Made by a program: the position numbers and the translations under genes
Part shown: piece after piece, positions 40,642-51,402 of the stretch
Numbering within the stretch: position 1 is the stretch's first letter
How the letters are laid out: the number at the start of each line of letters is the position of its first letter
The notes under the pieces: model-generated
Seen by the model: the letters and a program-made list of their open reading frames with translations, nothing else
Told to the model about the DNA's origin: nothing
The model's database searches: none
Source of the DNA: Candidatus Heimdallarchaeota archaeon
Lineage (GTDB): Archaea > Asgardarchaeota > Heimdallarchaeia > Heimdallarchaeales > Heimdallarchaeaceae
Reading direction: 5' to 3'
Length of the DNA stretch: 64,000 nt
Assembly (NCBI GenBank): GCA_030603365.1
Contig: JAUVXV010000001.1
Location: forward strand, 1 to 64,000

Positions 40642-41162
40642 TCTATTTCTTCCATTCTTTTCCCTGTTTCTGAAGGAATTATAACGTTCTTGGCATTCTT
40701 GAATTTTCGTTTTCTTGCTTTGCTTTCTGATATTTGATCCAGAAAAACTGCAAGAGCTGCAACTTCACTATGTGGTTGATTACCTATTGCTATATTATAA
40801 TCTGTGAGTTCATATATTGTACCCGGAACTTTGACTCCTCCAGCTACAACTAGCATCTTCTCTTTCTCTTTTAACTCTGCTAATTTATCTGTTAAGTCGA
40901 TACCATACATTGTCAAATGTACTATAGTTCCTCCAGTATCTTTCCATTGCTTAATAAAACTCCAAGAACTTTTTATGTGAGATACTTTAATTTTCCCTCC
41001 CCATTCTAAACACATTTTTTCTACACTTTCTTCTAAATGTGAATCATGATCACCAGTATAGTAGAATTCGTCAGCTCCAAAAGCTCTAGCTGTAAGCGCT
41101 AAATGGGTTGAGATTCTTCTATCTCTAAAAACTCTATGTGATAATCTTAATACAGCTAGCAT
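40638..41162 (-). CDS. trm56: tRNA (cytidine56-2'-O)-methyltransferase
   Basis: VLRLSHR..RDRRISTH, HLTMYG, NQPHSEVAALA. Confidence 0.96.
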   Translation of the reverse strand: MLAVLRLSHRVFRDRRISTHLALTARAFGADEFYYTGDHDSHLEESVEKMCLEWGGKIKVSHIKSSWSFIKQWKDTGGTIVHLTMYGIDLTDKLAELKEKEKMLVVAGGVKVPGTIYELTDYNIAIGNQPHSEVAALAVFLDQISESKARKRKFKNAKNVIIPSETGKRMEEIE

Positions 41163-41339
41163 TATGGGTGATGATAAAGATTAAACACTTAAAGTTGCTG
41201 TTTTTGATGTTCTTTAGGTTTAGGGAGACTGATGTGAAAAAGAGTGATTGACATTAAATCAATGTGTAAGGCAAGGCATGACCAGAAAACAAAAGTTATT
41301 ATATATTTCTGCTGTAGAAAATATTGAGTAAATACGAGG

Positions 41340-42542
41340 GTGCTAAAACTGTCAAAAGAGAGATCTGAACCAGATCAAACCGACCCAGCATATTTAATTT
41401 CTTATGCTCATCATCTTGAGAGACAAGCTAGGCAATTAGAAACAGAAAAGCAGATGGTCGAAAGTGAGAGATTAAGACTCCAAAGAGAAGTGAATAACCT
41501 CAAAGTTGAGCTTGAAAGATTAAGATCCCCACCCCTATTTATGGGAACAATCGTTGAACTTCTTGATAATAAAACAGCAGTGGTACGTAGTACAACCGGT
41601 CCAAATCTTGTTGTATCTATTTCTCGTCAAATTGATATTAATGATTTAAAACCTGATACACGCGTAGCACTCAACCAAAGAACCTTTGCTATTGTCAATA
41701 TTCTACCAACTCTGCAAGATCCAATAGTTCAAAAGATGGAATTAATTGAGAAACCTAAAGAAAAATACGCTGATATTGGTGGTCTTGATGCACAAATTCA
41801 GGAAATCAAAGAAACTGTTGAATTACCTTTATTGAAACCTGAATTATTTGAGAAAATTGGAATTGATCCTCCTAAAGGAATACTCCTCCATGGTGCTCCT
41901 GGAACAGGAAAGACCTTACTTGCAAAAGCAGTTGCTCATGAGACTGAAGCAGCGTTCATACGCTTAATAGGTAGTGAGCTTGTACAAAAATTCATAGGTG
42001 ATGGTGCTCGTTTAGTACGAGAATTATTTGAATTTGCAAGAGAACATGCTCCTAGTATTTTGTTTATAGATGAGTTAGATGCCATAGGCAGTAGAAGAAT
42101 AGATTTAGCTACTAGTGGAGATAGAGAAGTACAAAGAACTCTGATGCAACTTCTTTCAGAATTAGATGGTTTTAATATAAGAGGCGACGTAAAAGTCATT
42201 GCCGCAACAAACAGGATAGATATACTGGATCAAGCTTTATTACGACCTGGAAGATTTGACAGACTCATCGAGATTCCGATTCCTAACGCTGAAAGCCGAA
42301 TGAAAATTTTTAAAATTCACACATCCGGAATGAATCTTAAAGGTGATATTGATTTAGATTATCTTGTTCAGATGACAGAAGGTACTAGCGGTGCAGATGT
42401 AAAGAATATCTGTACTGAAGCTGGAATGTTTGCTATCCGAGCTGAAAAAGATCATGTAGTAAACGATGATTTCGTAGATTCAATAAAGAAGATAATAGGT
42501 GAAAAAGAAACTTCTGCTAGAACAACTACTGGTTTCATCTAA
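41340..42542 (+). CDS. pan: Proteasome-activating nucleotidase
   Basis: Coiled coil + OB domain + AAA+ ([19 protein letters not shown]). Confidence 0.96.
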   Translation: MLKLSKERSEPDQTDPAYLISYAHHLERQARQLETEKQMVESERLRLQREVNNLKVELERLRSPPLFMGTIVELLDNKTAVVRSTTGPNLVVSISRQIDINDLKPDTRVALNQRTFAIVNILPTLQDPIVQKMELIEKPKEKYADIGGLDAQIQEIKETVELPLLKPELFEKIGIDPPKGILLHGAPGTGKTLLAKAVAHETEAAFIRLIGSELVQKFIGDGARLVRELFEFAREHAPSILFIDELDAIGSRRIDLATSGDREVQRTLMQLLSELDGFNIRGDVKVIAATNRIDILDQALLRPGRFDRLIEIPIPNAESRMKIFKIHTSGMNLKGDIDLDYLVQMTEGTSGADVKNICTEAGMFAIRAEKDHVVNDDFVDSIKKIIGEKETSARTTTGFI

Positions 42543-42562
42543 TTGTGATCAAGGCTCTCCAT

Positions 42563-43087
42563 TTAATCAGACATTAGCATCTCTTCAACAATTTTTCTCT
42601 GTTTATAGAAACCTTCTACTACTTGGGAATTTTCTCCAAATTTACTAATAAACTGTTCAAGGACTTCCTCAAAAGAACATCTTTTGCTTCCGTAAGCAAG
42701 ATTGTCAGAATAAGAAACCAATACTTCTTCTCGTGTAATCGGTATATAATCTTCATTAGGAAGTCCTAGTTTGACTGCTTCTTCCTTATTTATACCTGTG
42801 CCAATGTGTCGTTTTACTATTGATAGTATTCTTTGATCTAGATTTTCCTGTGCAAGAATCTTAACACCTTTGATTGCATGTAGTATTGAATGATCTACTG
42901 ACCGACCTATATCATGTAACATCGCACCAGCGATGACAAGTTTATTGTTAATTTGTTTAATTTTGAAACAAAAGTTTTCTGAAATTTCTGTTACCAGTAA
43001 ACAATGTTGGATTATATTAGTTGGTGTATTGTATTTTTCCAATATTTTTATACACTGTTCCTTCGAGGGTATTCTTAGGTCGGTCAT
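42563..43087 (-). CDS. HD-domain protein (archaeal HDIG family)
   Basis: HC, LHDIGRS, RHIGTG. Confidence 0.9.
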   Translation of the reverse strand: MTDLRIPSKEQCIKILEKYNTPTNIIQHCLLVTEISENFCFKIKQINNKLVIAGAMLHDIGRSVDHSILHAIKGVKILAQENLDQRILSIVKRHIGTGINKEEAVKLGLPNEDYIPITREEVLVSYSDNLAYGSKRCSFEEVLEQFISKFGENSQVVEGFYKQRKIVEEMLMSD

Positions 43088-43198
43088 ATTTCTATATCTC
43101 TGATTTCTGCTTGGTTTTTTATAGTTTGTTGAAAAATCAGAAAAACCTCTAAATCAAAACTTTTTTAATGAATTTCAATCGTTGCATCTCGAAGCAAA

Positions 43199-43408
43199 AT
43201 GCCTAGTGAAATATCTAAAGATAGATTAGAAGAAATTATCCAACTTACTATTGATCAAGGTGGAGAAATAAGAACCAAACGTTATAAAGATGATATTAAA
43301 ATAAAATTCAGAACAAAAACAAGACTGTATACAATCAAACTTCCCATGAAAGAAGCTGAATCAATAATCAATGATATCTCTTCTAAAATTGATGTTATAC
43401 CATTCTAA
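43199..43408 (+). CDS. rpl38e: 50S ribosomal protein eL38
   Basis: MPSEI, KIKFRTKTRLYT. Confidence 0.85.
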   Translation: MPSEISKDRLEEIIQLTIDQGGEIRTKRYKDDIKIKFRTKTRLYTIKLPMKEAESIINDISSKIDVIPF

Positions 43409-43426
43409 AGAAGTAGTAGAACTGAT

Positions 43427-43960
43427 TTATTCTTCATCATCCTTCTTCTTTTTGATTACTACTATGTCTCCAAGTGTTTGGAAAGCTGGACCTTTTAGCT
43501 GATCTTTCTTTCCAACTGAAAGAACATCTTCTGTTATTTTAATTTTGAAGAATTTTTCAAGCCTCTCTATTAAATTATCAGAGGGTCTCATTTTTCCTGT
43601 TTCTATACTTTGAAGCTCAGAAATTGATATTTTCGTTTGAATAGATACTTCTTTTTGAGTAAGTTTCATCTTTTGCCTTTCAAGTCTAATACGTTCATTA
43701 TAGTCTGTTACTAATTGTTTATCTGCACCTAAATCTCTTCGCTGTCGGGTTGGAAAAGTTCTAGTTGTTGTAGAAGAACGTTGTGTAGAAACGCTTGCTC
43801 TAGCAGTAGGTGGCTTTGGTTTCGGTTTCACTTCTTTCTTTTTCCCATGTTTGGCGCAACCAGGACATACTGATAATTCTGCACCTTCAATTTCTATGGA
43901 AATGGGCCTTCCATATATTTCACGACCACACATCTCACAAGTTGCCAGTCTTATCACCAT
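43427..43960 (-). CDS. mbf1: Multiprotein bridging factor aMBF1
   Basis: CEMCG..VCPGC zinc ribbon + HTH + TLGD. Confidence 0.93.
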   Translation of the reverse strand: MVIRLATCEMCGREIYGRPISIEIEGAELSVCPGCAKHGKKKEVKPKPKPPTARASVSTQRSSTTTRTFPTRQRRDLGADKQLVTDYNERIRLERQKMKLTQKEVSIQTKISISELQSIETGKMRPSDNLIERLEKFFKIKITEDVLSVGKKDQLKGPAFQTLGDIVVIKKKKDDEE

Positions 43961-44059
43961 ATGGGTTTATTTTTTGTTTGACAAATAAAGACAAATTCAA
44001 AAACATTTTTCTATGAGACTAAAATGAATTAATATTAGTTAATATACTATTCAACAAAG

Positions 44060-44413
44060 GTGATACCTGTGGACTTTTGTCCTGAGTGCGGAAAATTACT
44101 TCATACAGATAAGAACGAAAAAGGCGGAACTATTCTTATTTGTTCAAAATGCGGATTTAAAAGAGATTTAGCGAAAGATGAAAAAGTCAGTCATACTGAA
44201 GAGATACCACACGATTTTGTAAGAGAACTGACCATTGTTATGGATGAAACCCAAACAGACTCAACAAAACCAACAAAGGAAATCTATTGTTCTAAATGTA
44301 AGAAGAATCAAAAAGTAAGTTTCTGGATGGTACAGACAAGAAGTGCTGATGAATCGCCAACACGTTTCTTTAGATGCTCAATTTGCGGAGAAACTTGGAG
44401 AGAATATGATTAA
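44060..44413 (+). CDS. tfs: Transcription factor S
   Basis: Two zinc ribbons, QTRSADE, WREY. Confidence 0.95.
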   Translation: MIPVDFCPECGKLLHTDKNEKGGTILICSKCGFKRDLAKDEKVSHTEEIPHDFVRELTIVMDETQTDSTKPTKEIYCSKCKKNQKVSFWMVQTRSADESPTRFFRCSICGETWREYD

Positions 44414-44427
44414 CTGGAGAAATTCTA

Positions 44428-44775
44428 ATGAGTAATTCAGTATCTGAAAATGAGTATAAAATCAAACCATTTGTTGATATAAATATCGCAGAAATCCAAA
44501 AACCTGGTAAATATAGAGTCGTGGGAAAGATTGTAAATATTGCTGAAAATTCTTTGCAAATAGATGATGGTTTTGAACAATTATCTATTACAATTCCTGA
44601 GGAAATTGACTTGAAACTTGAAGAAGGACTTAAAATTCGTGCTTTTGGTTATGTCAATATTCAACCAGAAAAACAAATGAAAACAACATTCATTCAAGAT
44701 TTTAGTGTTGTCGATTTAGATTCATACAGGCAAATCAATGAACTTGAACAATCTTTAAGAAAAGCTAATACTTAA
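44428..44775 (+). CDS. Small single OB-fold protein (RPA small-subunit-like)
   Basis: YRVVGKIV...IDDG...KIRAFG plus a C-terminal helix; lies between tfs and pcn. Confidence 0.65.
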   Translation: MSNSVSENEYKIKPFVDINIAEIQKPGKYRVVGKIVNIAENSLQIDDGFEQLSITIPEEIDLKLEEGLKIRAFGYVNIQPEKQMKTTFIQDFSVVDLDSYRQINELEQSLRKANT

Positions 44776-44865
44776 GAAGCTTTGATGTGCGATTCCCTTA
44801 TATAGTGAAATAATAAAAAGGAGAATGAGAAAACTTCTAGGTAATAAAAAGAAAATCGGGGTATT

Positions 44866-45651
44866 ATGATGACTTTTGAAATGGTATTAGAGGACGCAAA
44901 ATTAATGTCCAACATATGTTCAATTATAAGTTCAATTGTTGCAGAAAGTAGTATAAATGTGGCAGAAGATGGGATTAGAATCAAGGCTTTTGATGCTACT
45001 CGTATTTCTATGATTGATTTCTTCATGAAAAAAGAAGCTTTCCAGAAATATGATGTAAAGGAATCAGCGATTGTTGGTCTAAGTTTAGAAACACTCAATA
45101 CAATTCTGAAGACTGCAAAAGCAAATGAACATCTGAAAATGGCTTTAGACGATACAACAAAGAGATTCGTCGTAGAATTCCTAGGTAAGAATCAAAAAAG
45201 GAAATTTGCCTTATCTCTAATTGATATTCCTGAAGAAGGTAATATACCAGATTCCATTCATATCGATTTTGATACAAATTTCGAAGTAAAAGCAACATTC
45301 ATACAACAAGTGCTAAAGGATGCAGAGATGGTTAGCGATTATCTAAAGATAAGAGCAAAAGAAGATGGAATTTTCTTTGGAGCTGAAAGCGATACAAAGG
45401 AAATGGATACATTCATAGAGCCAAAAAGTGAAGAAATGGAAACTGCAACTTTTCAAGTAACAGGTGAATCTGAGGCTATGTATTCATTAGATTTTCTTTC
45501 TAACTTTCTCAAAGGTATACGATCATCGGATTATGTCAAACTTTCTTTTAATCAAGAACAACCTATAAGATTGATTTATGAAATTGAAGACAAAGGACAC
45601 TTAATTTATTTCGTAGCACCAAGAATTGAAGAAAGTGAAGAAATCGATTAA
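44866..45651 (+). CDS. pcn: PCNA sliding clamp
   Basis: AFDATRISMI, YSLDFL, YFVAPRIE. Confidence 0.96.
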   Translation: MMTFEMVLEDAKLMSNICSIISSIVAESSINVAEDGIRIKAFDATRISMIDFFMKKEAFQKYDVKESAIVGLSLETLNTILKTAKANEHLKMALDDTTKRFVVEFLGKNQKRKFALSLIDIPEEGNIPDSIHIDFDTNFEVKATFIQQVLKDAEMVSDYLKIRAKEDGIFFGAESDTKEMDTFIEPKSEEMETATFQVTGESEAMYSLDFLSNFLKGIRSSDYVKLSFNQEQPIRLIYEIEDKGHLIYFVAPRIEESEEID

Positions 45652-45711
45652 AAGCATTAAAACTACCTGAGGGAGTAATTTTATTTCATTACAACTGAAT
45701 GAGGAAAAACG

Positions 45712-46302
45712 TTGTTCGATAGAATTCAAAATAAATGGAAAGAAGAAAGAGAAAAAATACAACTCACTCCAATGAACGAAGCATTCTATGGAGCTATGAG
45801 AGACTTTCTAAAATCACGATCCTTAAGGGCTAAGGAAGAGATTAATCCTATAATAAAGAAAGTCCTTGAGGAAAAACTAAGTAGAATGCGTTATGTTATT
45901 GACGATCTTCTTGCAATACGAACAACGAAAATACTTCAAATTGTTTTCAATAAAGAGGAAATCACCTTTAATCTAGCAAGAGAAGAACAGAATTTTTATG
46001 AGAGAATGAAAAAACTTTATGATGTTTATCGAAAAGATGTTTTTTCTCCAAAAGATATCGCTTATACTGACATAGATTCCATTGTAAGCAAAGAAAGTAT
46101 AGATGAAGAGGAAGAAGATATTGAATACGTAGCTATTAAATTTCTAAAACGCACAAAAGACAAAATACAAGGGCTTGATGGTAAAGTCTATGGTCCCTTT
46201 GAAAAAGAAGACATATGTTTACTTCCCAAAGAAAATGCTGTAGGTCTTGTAAGAAGGGAATTTGCAGAAAATATAGAAATGGTAGAACAAATAAAAAACT
46301 AA
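45712..46302 (+). CDS. gins51: GINS subunit (Gins51/Gins15)
   Basis: Helical A domain + B domain (GLDGKVYGPF..ED...LP.ENA). Confidence 0.88.
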   Translation: MFDRIQNKWKEEREKIQLTPMNEAFYGAMRDFLKSRSLRAKEEINPIIKKVLEEKLSRMRYVIDDLLAIRTTKILQIVFNKEEITFNLAREEQNFYERMKKLYDVYRKDVFSPKDIAYTDIDSIVSKESIDEEEEDIEYVAIKFLKRTKDKIQGLDGKVYGPFEKEDICLLPKENAVGLVRREFAENIEMVEQIKN

Positions 46303-46310
46303 GATAGAAC

Positions 46311-46484
46311 TTATAAAATTTCTCCTATAATTTTTGCTTTTCCTCCACGAGGTTGAGTCAAATCCTCGCTGCAAACATTACATTTGACCACAATTTTTGC
46401 TGAATCAAAAACAATTTGCTCATTATTACAACTTGTACATTTGACTTTCAGGAACTTTGTTGTTGGATATGGTATCTTTGACAT
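46311..46484 (-). CDS. rps27e: 30S ribosomal protein eS27
   Basis: FLKVKC..C.NEQIVF, C..C, PRGGKA. Confidence 0.96.
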   Translation of the reverse strand: MSKIPYPTTKFLKVKCTSCNNEQIVFDSAKIVVKCNVCSEDLTQPRGGKAKIIGEIL

Positions 46485-46564
46485 GGTTGAGTTTTGAGAA
46501 CTACGCTTTAAAAAAATGTTGTTATTAAACAAGTTCGTATTTTATTCACAAATTGAGCAAAAAG

Positions 46565-46675
46565 TGGTGCGGGGAGGGAGATTCGAACTCCCGAACCACT
46601 AAGGAACGGATTTCTCATCTGACTCAGATTTATTGATCTTGAGTCCGTCGCCGTTGACCACTTGGCTATCCCCGC
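46565..46675 (-). tRNA. tRNA-Leu(CAA) with 26-nt intron (46612-46637) at 37/38; CCA encoded
   Basis: Reverse complement GCGGGGA...ACGGA-CTCAAG|intron|A-TCCGT...TCCCCGC-A-CCA; BHB helix CUCA/UGAG; long variable arm. Confidence 0.93.
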
Positions 46676-46724
46676 AGGTTTATTATTTAATCAAGCAGTA
46701 TTTGAGAAGTCTTTCAATACTTAT

Positions 46725-47981
46725 TTAATCTTTTCTTTTTCTTGTTTTAAAACGTAGAATAACTAATTGGAATAATAGAAAAACTAGAACTGACACCGTA
46801 AATTCAAATGGTGCTGTATCGGTGTTTCCATTATACTTTACAAGTGTGAAATTTACATTTCTATTTGTCCATTCATCAACTGCTGCCAACGATACGTTGT
46901 AGTTATTATTTGATTGAACTGCTAATTCATACGTGTAATTCCATAATTCCTCACCTGTAGCTGCATGACTGTCCCAATCTACTAGTACTTCATCAACATA
47001 GCAATAATAATCAAAATTAGATTGATCACTGATTTGAAAGGTTATATCAACAAAGCTGTCTTCTTCAGCAAAATACATTATTTCTTGAGAATTAATCTTA
47101 GGACCTTCCAGATCATCTTCCAAAATATATTTTTCGTTATTTAGTATGAATTCAGTTGCATTTAGAGTTATTTCATAATGTAGATTGTTTACAACTCTGG
47201 GATACGGATAATTTTCTGTATAACCTGCAACATTGTCTACATAATCTGCTAAGTCAGGATATAGCTCGAATGTCTCATTATAACACTCTCTAATGGCAGG
47301 TAAAGAATGTTCATACATTTCTTGTAAGCTTACAACACCATCTAGGGAAGTATCAGCATCAATGTTTGTGAGTGATTTTGCCCAAAAATGTGAAGAAATA
47401 CCTCCAGCAAAAGGTGGTTCACTTAGAACCCAAGTTCCATTTTCTCCAGGAAAAACTCCAATTGCAATTTCATATTCACCAACACTTCCCATCGCAAAAC
47501 ATGTACCATAAAAATTCCTAACGAATTCTCCTGCATAACAAGAATCCATCAAATATATTTTGTTTTTCGTGTTTATTTGGAAAAATTCTGTTTGAAACCA
47601 AGTATTAAACTCTAATACATCTCGACAGTAAGTGTGTCCATGAGCCATAACATAAATAAAAACCAGATCATTCTCATCTACTACTTGTTCAAGATAGTTT
47701 AACTGCTCTAGAAAAATCGTTTTAGTTATATTTTCGTCTCCCAAGAACAAAGAGATATTTTCCTCATTCCAACCTAAATTAAGAAGCGTACTTTTGAGTT
47801 CTATAGCAGAACAAACAGTAGTACCATTATCATCGTATGGGAATTGATCAAAAAGAACTGCGTATGTTTCAACAGGATTTTCATTATTTTGATGTTGAAT
47901 AGCAACTGAATTTGAAGTATGAGCTGATAGTGAAATAGAAAATAAAAATAGGACTATAATCGCTAATGAATTCTTCCTCAT
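46725..47981 (-). CDS. Secreted caspase/legumain-like (clan CD) cysteine peptidase with C-terminal membrane anchor
   Basis: Signal peptide; His-Cys dyad AHG...DSCYAG; DTSLDGVVSLQE; C-terminal PFEF + TM + basic tail. Confidence 0.8.
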   Translation of the reverse strand: MRKNSLAIIVLFLFSISLSAHTSNSVAIQHQNNENPVETYAVLFDQFPYDDNGTTVCSAIELKSTLLNLGWNEENISLFLGDENITKTIFLEQLNYLEQVVDENDLVFIYVMAHGHTYCRDVLEFNTWFQTEFFQINTKNKIYLMDSCYAGEFVRNFYGTCFAMGSVGEYEIAIGVFPGENGTWVLSEPPFAGGISSHFWAKSLTNIDADTSLDGVVSLQEMYEHSLPAIRECYNETFELYPDLADYVDNVAGYTENYPYPRVVNNLHYEITLNATEFILNNEKYILEDDLEGPKINSQEIMYFAEEDSFVDITFQISDQSNFDYYCYVDEVLVDWDSHAATGEELWNYTYELAVQSNNNYNVSLAAVDEWTNRNVNFTLVKYNGNTDTAPFEFTVSVLVFLLFQLVILRFKTRKRKD

Positions 47982-48019
47982 ATTTTTTACCTTGCTTAAA
48001 CACTTATATCATTAGCGAA

Positions 48020-49216
48020 TTATAGCTTTAACAAAAGTAGCTCAAGTTGTCTTTTTGAGAGAAATTCACAACCATCTTCTGTTACAAGAACATCTTCTTC
48101 AATACTGCAATAACCATGATCCTCAACATAGACATGAAGTTCTAAGGTAAATGCTTGTCCTTTTTCCACGTAATAGAAGGGTGATTCACCATATTTTTCC
48201 CATCGTGGACCCAACAAACATCCACCATCATGAACATTTCTTCCTATCTGATGACCAAGAGCATGCATGAATTCAGTATAACCAGCATCGGTGACTATAT
48301 TTCTAGCTATAATATCAATTTCCCAGCCTTGAACTCCAGGTCTTAGTGCTTCTGCACTTGCTGTAATAGCTTTAACTACTGTTTCAAAAGCTCTTATCAC
48401 TTCTTTTGGAGGAACATCCTCATCTTCTCCTAAAACGTAATTCATTCTTTGAAGATCTGATGCATATCCTTCGAAGAAAACACCATAGTCGACATTAATG
48501 AGGTCTCCTCTCTTAACTTTAATATCTGGAGAAGCTTTGCCATGTCCGATAGTTGTTGTAGGTCCAACATGAATTAATGGTGGATATGATACAGTAACTC
48601 CTTCATCTTTTGTAAATTTCAAAAGCATTTCTTCGATGTTTTCTTCCGACACTCCAACTTTAATAGTTTCAGTAACCTTCTTATGACCCTCTTCACTGAT
48701 TACCACTGCTTTCTTTATTCTATCGATTTCAGAATCTGTCTTTCTTCCTCGTAATGCTGCTAACAATTTTTCTGAGGATATCAACCTATCAAGGAAGATA
48801 GAACCTTCTAATATTTTATTTAATCTTAACCACATACCATGGGTTAAACCATCAGCTGCAATATTGTCTTCTGAGTAGTTTATGGCAATACTTTGAGGTT
48901 TAAGTTCGTTCAAAACATTAAGCAACGGTTCTTTTATGCTATCATCATAACCAATGACTCTATCATAAATTCCAGACTTCTCTATATTTTGTGCGTCATA
49001 TCTTCCGCATATAGCTACTTTTTGCCCATCTTTGCTAATAATCAAAGCTGATTGCCATGTTAACCATGAATCTTCTAATAGAAAATATAATGCAGGATCA
49101 TGAATTTCTGAAGTTTTCCTTACATATGTTAGCCATACATCAACATTTTGCTCTTTTAAGATGTTAATTGCTTGGTCTGTTTTTTGCTTAATTATACTCA
49201 TATAATACTGATTCAT
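48020..49216 (-). CDS. Xaa-Pro aminopeptidase (M24)
   Basis: DYG...SDLQR, HALGHQIG..HD, IEEDVLVT. Confidence 0.93.
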   Translation of the reverse strand: MNQYYMSIIKQKTDQAINILKEQNVDVWLTYVRKTSEIHDPALYFLLEDSWLTWQSALIISKDGQKVAICGRYDAQNIEKSGIYDRVIGYDDSIKEPLLNVLNELKPQSIAINYSEDNIAADGLTHGMWLRLNKILEGSIFLDRLISSEKLLAALRGRKTDSEIDRIKKAVVISEEGHKKVTETIKVGVSEENIEEMLLKFTKDEGVTVSYPPLIHVGPTTTIGHGKASPDIKVKRGDLINVDYGVFFEGYASDLQRMNYVLGEDEDVPPKEVIRAFETVVKAITASAEALRPGVQGWEIDIIARNIVTDAGYTEFMHALGHQIGRNVHDGGCLLGPRWEKYGESPFYYVEKGQAFTLELHVYVEDHGYCSIEEDVLVTEDGCEFLSKRQLELLLLKL

Positions 49217-49364
49217 TAGGGACTTTATTTGTTTTTTTCATTATTCATAAATGAACATGATTTTTCTAGGATTTACTCCACGAAGAAAATTACCCCCATA
49301 AGAGAAAATTAAAGAAGGTTTAAATATATAATATTTTGTTGATTGATATCATAATTCTTCAAGA

Positions 49365-49991
49365 GTGATTTTGTCTATGTCTAGGGAAGCAGTAAGTAAT
49401 TTTGATGAGGAAAGTGATGTTGGTGCTAATAAAATGGCATCGAAAATAAATATCTCTGAAAGACAAAGACAAACTCTTATTGAAGTTGTGGATGATATCG
49501 CTGGGGAAGAAGTAAAACAAGTAACACTGGTTCTATTAAATGCTGATAAAGAAACAACAGATGAAGAAATATCGGAAAAACTTGATATGAGACTAAATCA
49601 AGTCCGAAAATCCTTGTATAAACTGTATGACTTACAGTTGGCGACATTTAGAAGAATTAGAGATAAATCAACAGGTTGGTTTGTTTATTTCTGGACATTA
49701 CATCCAGAACGAATCGATGTATTTGTTGAGAAAAAGCAACAAGAAGTCATGTTTAAGCTACAAGAAAGATTGGACTATGAAGAATCTAATATGTTCTTTA
49801 CCTGTAATAATCCTGAATGCCCTCGAGTTACATTTCAAGAAGCGATGGATAACAATTTTGAATGTGAACATTGTAGTGGGCGATTAGAAGCGTTTGATAA
49901 CGAGCAGTTGAAGCAAGTATTGACAGACAAAATCAATGAAATGAAAGAAATAAGGGAAAAGACTAAGAAAATAATGAAAGGGGAAAAGTAA
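49365..49991 (+). CDS. tfe: Transcription factor E alpha
   Basis: TDEEIS, VRKSLYKL, GWFVYFW, zinc ribbon; start may be ATG 49434. Confidence 0.95.
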   Translation: MILSMSREAVSNFDEESDVGANKMASKINISERQRQTLIEVVDDIAGEEVKQVTLVLLNADKETTDEEISEKLDMRLNQVRKSLYKLYDLQLATFRRIRDKSTGWFVYFWTLHPERIDVFVEKKQQEVMFKLQERLDYEESNMFFTCNNPECPRVTFQEAMDNNFECEHCSGRLEAFDNEQLKQVLTDKINEMKEIREKTKKIMKGEK

Positions 49992-50005
49992 TCCACTTAG
50001 TTTTT

Positions 50006-50692
50006 TCAACCAGTACTTTTACTCAATCGATGCTGTACATCTTCACTTGTTAATTCTTTAAGTGCATCACTTGCTATCCACTTAGCAGCTTTTGATTCAA
50101 TTTGGTGTACTTCCTTTGATAATTCAACAGTAAGTTTATTCAATCTTAAATTCCTCTTTCCTATCTGTCGAATTGCCCAATTAACTGCTTTTTTTACAAA
50201 GTTTCTATTATCTGTGACCCCCCTTAAGATGTGGGGAAAAAACTCTTGAAATTGTTCATCCTGAGCTTCTTTGTCACTAACAGCCAAACGGGCCATCATT
50301 ACATAACCTGCTCTTTTAACAAATTCTTCATCTCTGAAACTCCATTCAACAGCTTTTTCATATGCTTCTTGCTTCTTTTCAAAGAGATTCATAATAGCTT
50401 GGTCACATATTTCCCAGTAGCTAAAATCTCCAACCCATTTCTCCATTTGTTGTTTAGTTACTTGTGAAGGAACATCAATCATTGATGCTAGTATCATTGT
50501 TTCTCGATATCCAAGTTCCCATAATTCTAGTGCTAGTTCGTGATCTTTACCAATTTCCTTGGCTATTTTTCGTAAAATAGGAATCTTTACTCCAAATGTT
50601 TTGTCTGGATTAATTCCGTATTTTGCCATCCCCCTAATGTTATCTAAATCTTTTAGGGATTTGAGCTTTTGTAGGACTTCTTTTGACTTCAT
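50006..50692 (-). CDS. DNA alkylation repair protein (AlkD-like HEAT repeats)
   Basis: WEICD, FVKKAVNWAIRQIGKR. Confidence 0.88.
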   Translation of the reverse strand: MKSKEVLQKLKSLKDLDNIRGMAKYGINPDKTFGVKIPILRKIAKEIGKDHELALELWELGYRETMILASMIDVPSQVTKQQMEKWVGDFSYWEICDQAIMNLFEKKQEAYEKAVEWSFRDEEFVKRAGYVMMARLAVSDKEAQDEQFQEFFPHILRGVTDNRNFVKKAVNWAIRQIGKRNLRLNKLTVELSKEVHQIESKAAKWIASDALKELTSEDVQHRLSKSTG

Positions 50693-50812
50693 CTAACTTC
50701 TAAGTTATATAGATCAACTAGATAAAAATATTTTTCTTAGGAAATCTTATTTTGGAAATCATAAACTTTCAAATATTACTTCGAATTATGAGATATTGTA
50801 GGTGAAGAATAC

Positions 50813-51361
50813 ATGCTAGAAAGTGTTTCAAAGATTCATAACGAAATAAAAGATACTGGTTTAAAAGATCTAATAATCAAATTAGACCACGTAGCATATA
50901 GAGTTAAGAAAGGTGAAAGAGAAAAAGCAATGGTAGAGTTAGCAAACTTGGTGCCCTATAAGGATTATAAAACCTTCAAAGTTATATCCATGAATGCGAT
51001 TACAAGTACATTAAAACTTCATGAAACGCTACCTGTCATTGTTGTAAGTGAAGGCTTAACCAATGATTCTATTGTTGAAAAATATGTTAAAAAATTCGGT
51101 GGTAGAATTCATCATTTTGCTTATTTAGTCAAAGATATAGAAAAAGTAGTTAAAATCCAGATAGAAAGAGGAGTTAAGTTTACAACGGATCATATTATCG
51201 GTAGTGAAGAAGAAGGAATTAAGCAAATTTTCACTTTACCAACAGAAGCAGCTAATCATATAATTGAGTATGTGCAACGTTTTGGGGGTTTTGATGGCTT
51301 CTTTACACCTTCAAATGTAGGTGCTTTAATGAAATCGACAGAACAACTAGGTGAAGCATAA
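50813..51361 (+). CDS. VOC/glyoxalase-family metalloenzyme (HPPD C-domain-like)
   Basis: LDHVAYRV, IHHFAY, QIFT, EYVQR..FDGFF. Confidence 0.8.
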   Translation: MLESVSKIHNEIKDTGLKDLIIKLDHVAYRVKKGEREKAMVELANLVPYKDYKTFKVISMNAITSTLKLHETLPVIVVSEGLTNDSIVEKYVKKFGGRIHHFAYLVKDIEKVVKIQIERGVKFTTDHIIGSEEEGIKQIFTLPTEAANHIIEYVQRFGGFDGFFTPSNVGALMKSTEQLGEA

Positions 51362-51402
51362 CACGGGAAAAACTTATCTTCTAAATTACTTTTATCAGTA
51401 CG

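Noticed and set aside
41247-41263. ATTGA-N7-TCAAT upstream of pan
   Set aside because: Only 5-bp AT-rich arms, as expected by chance.
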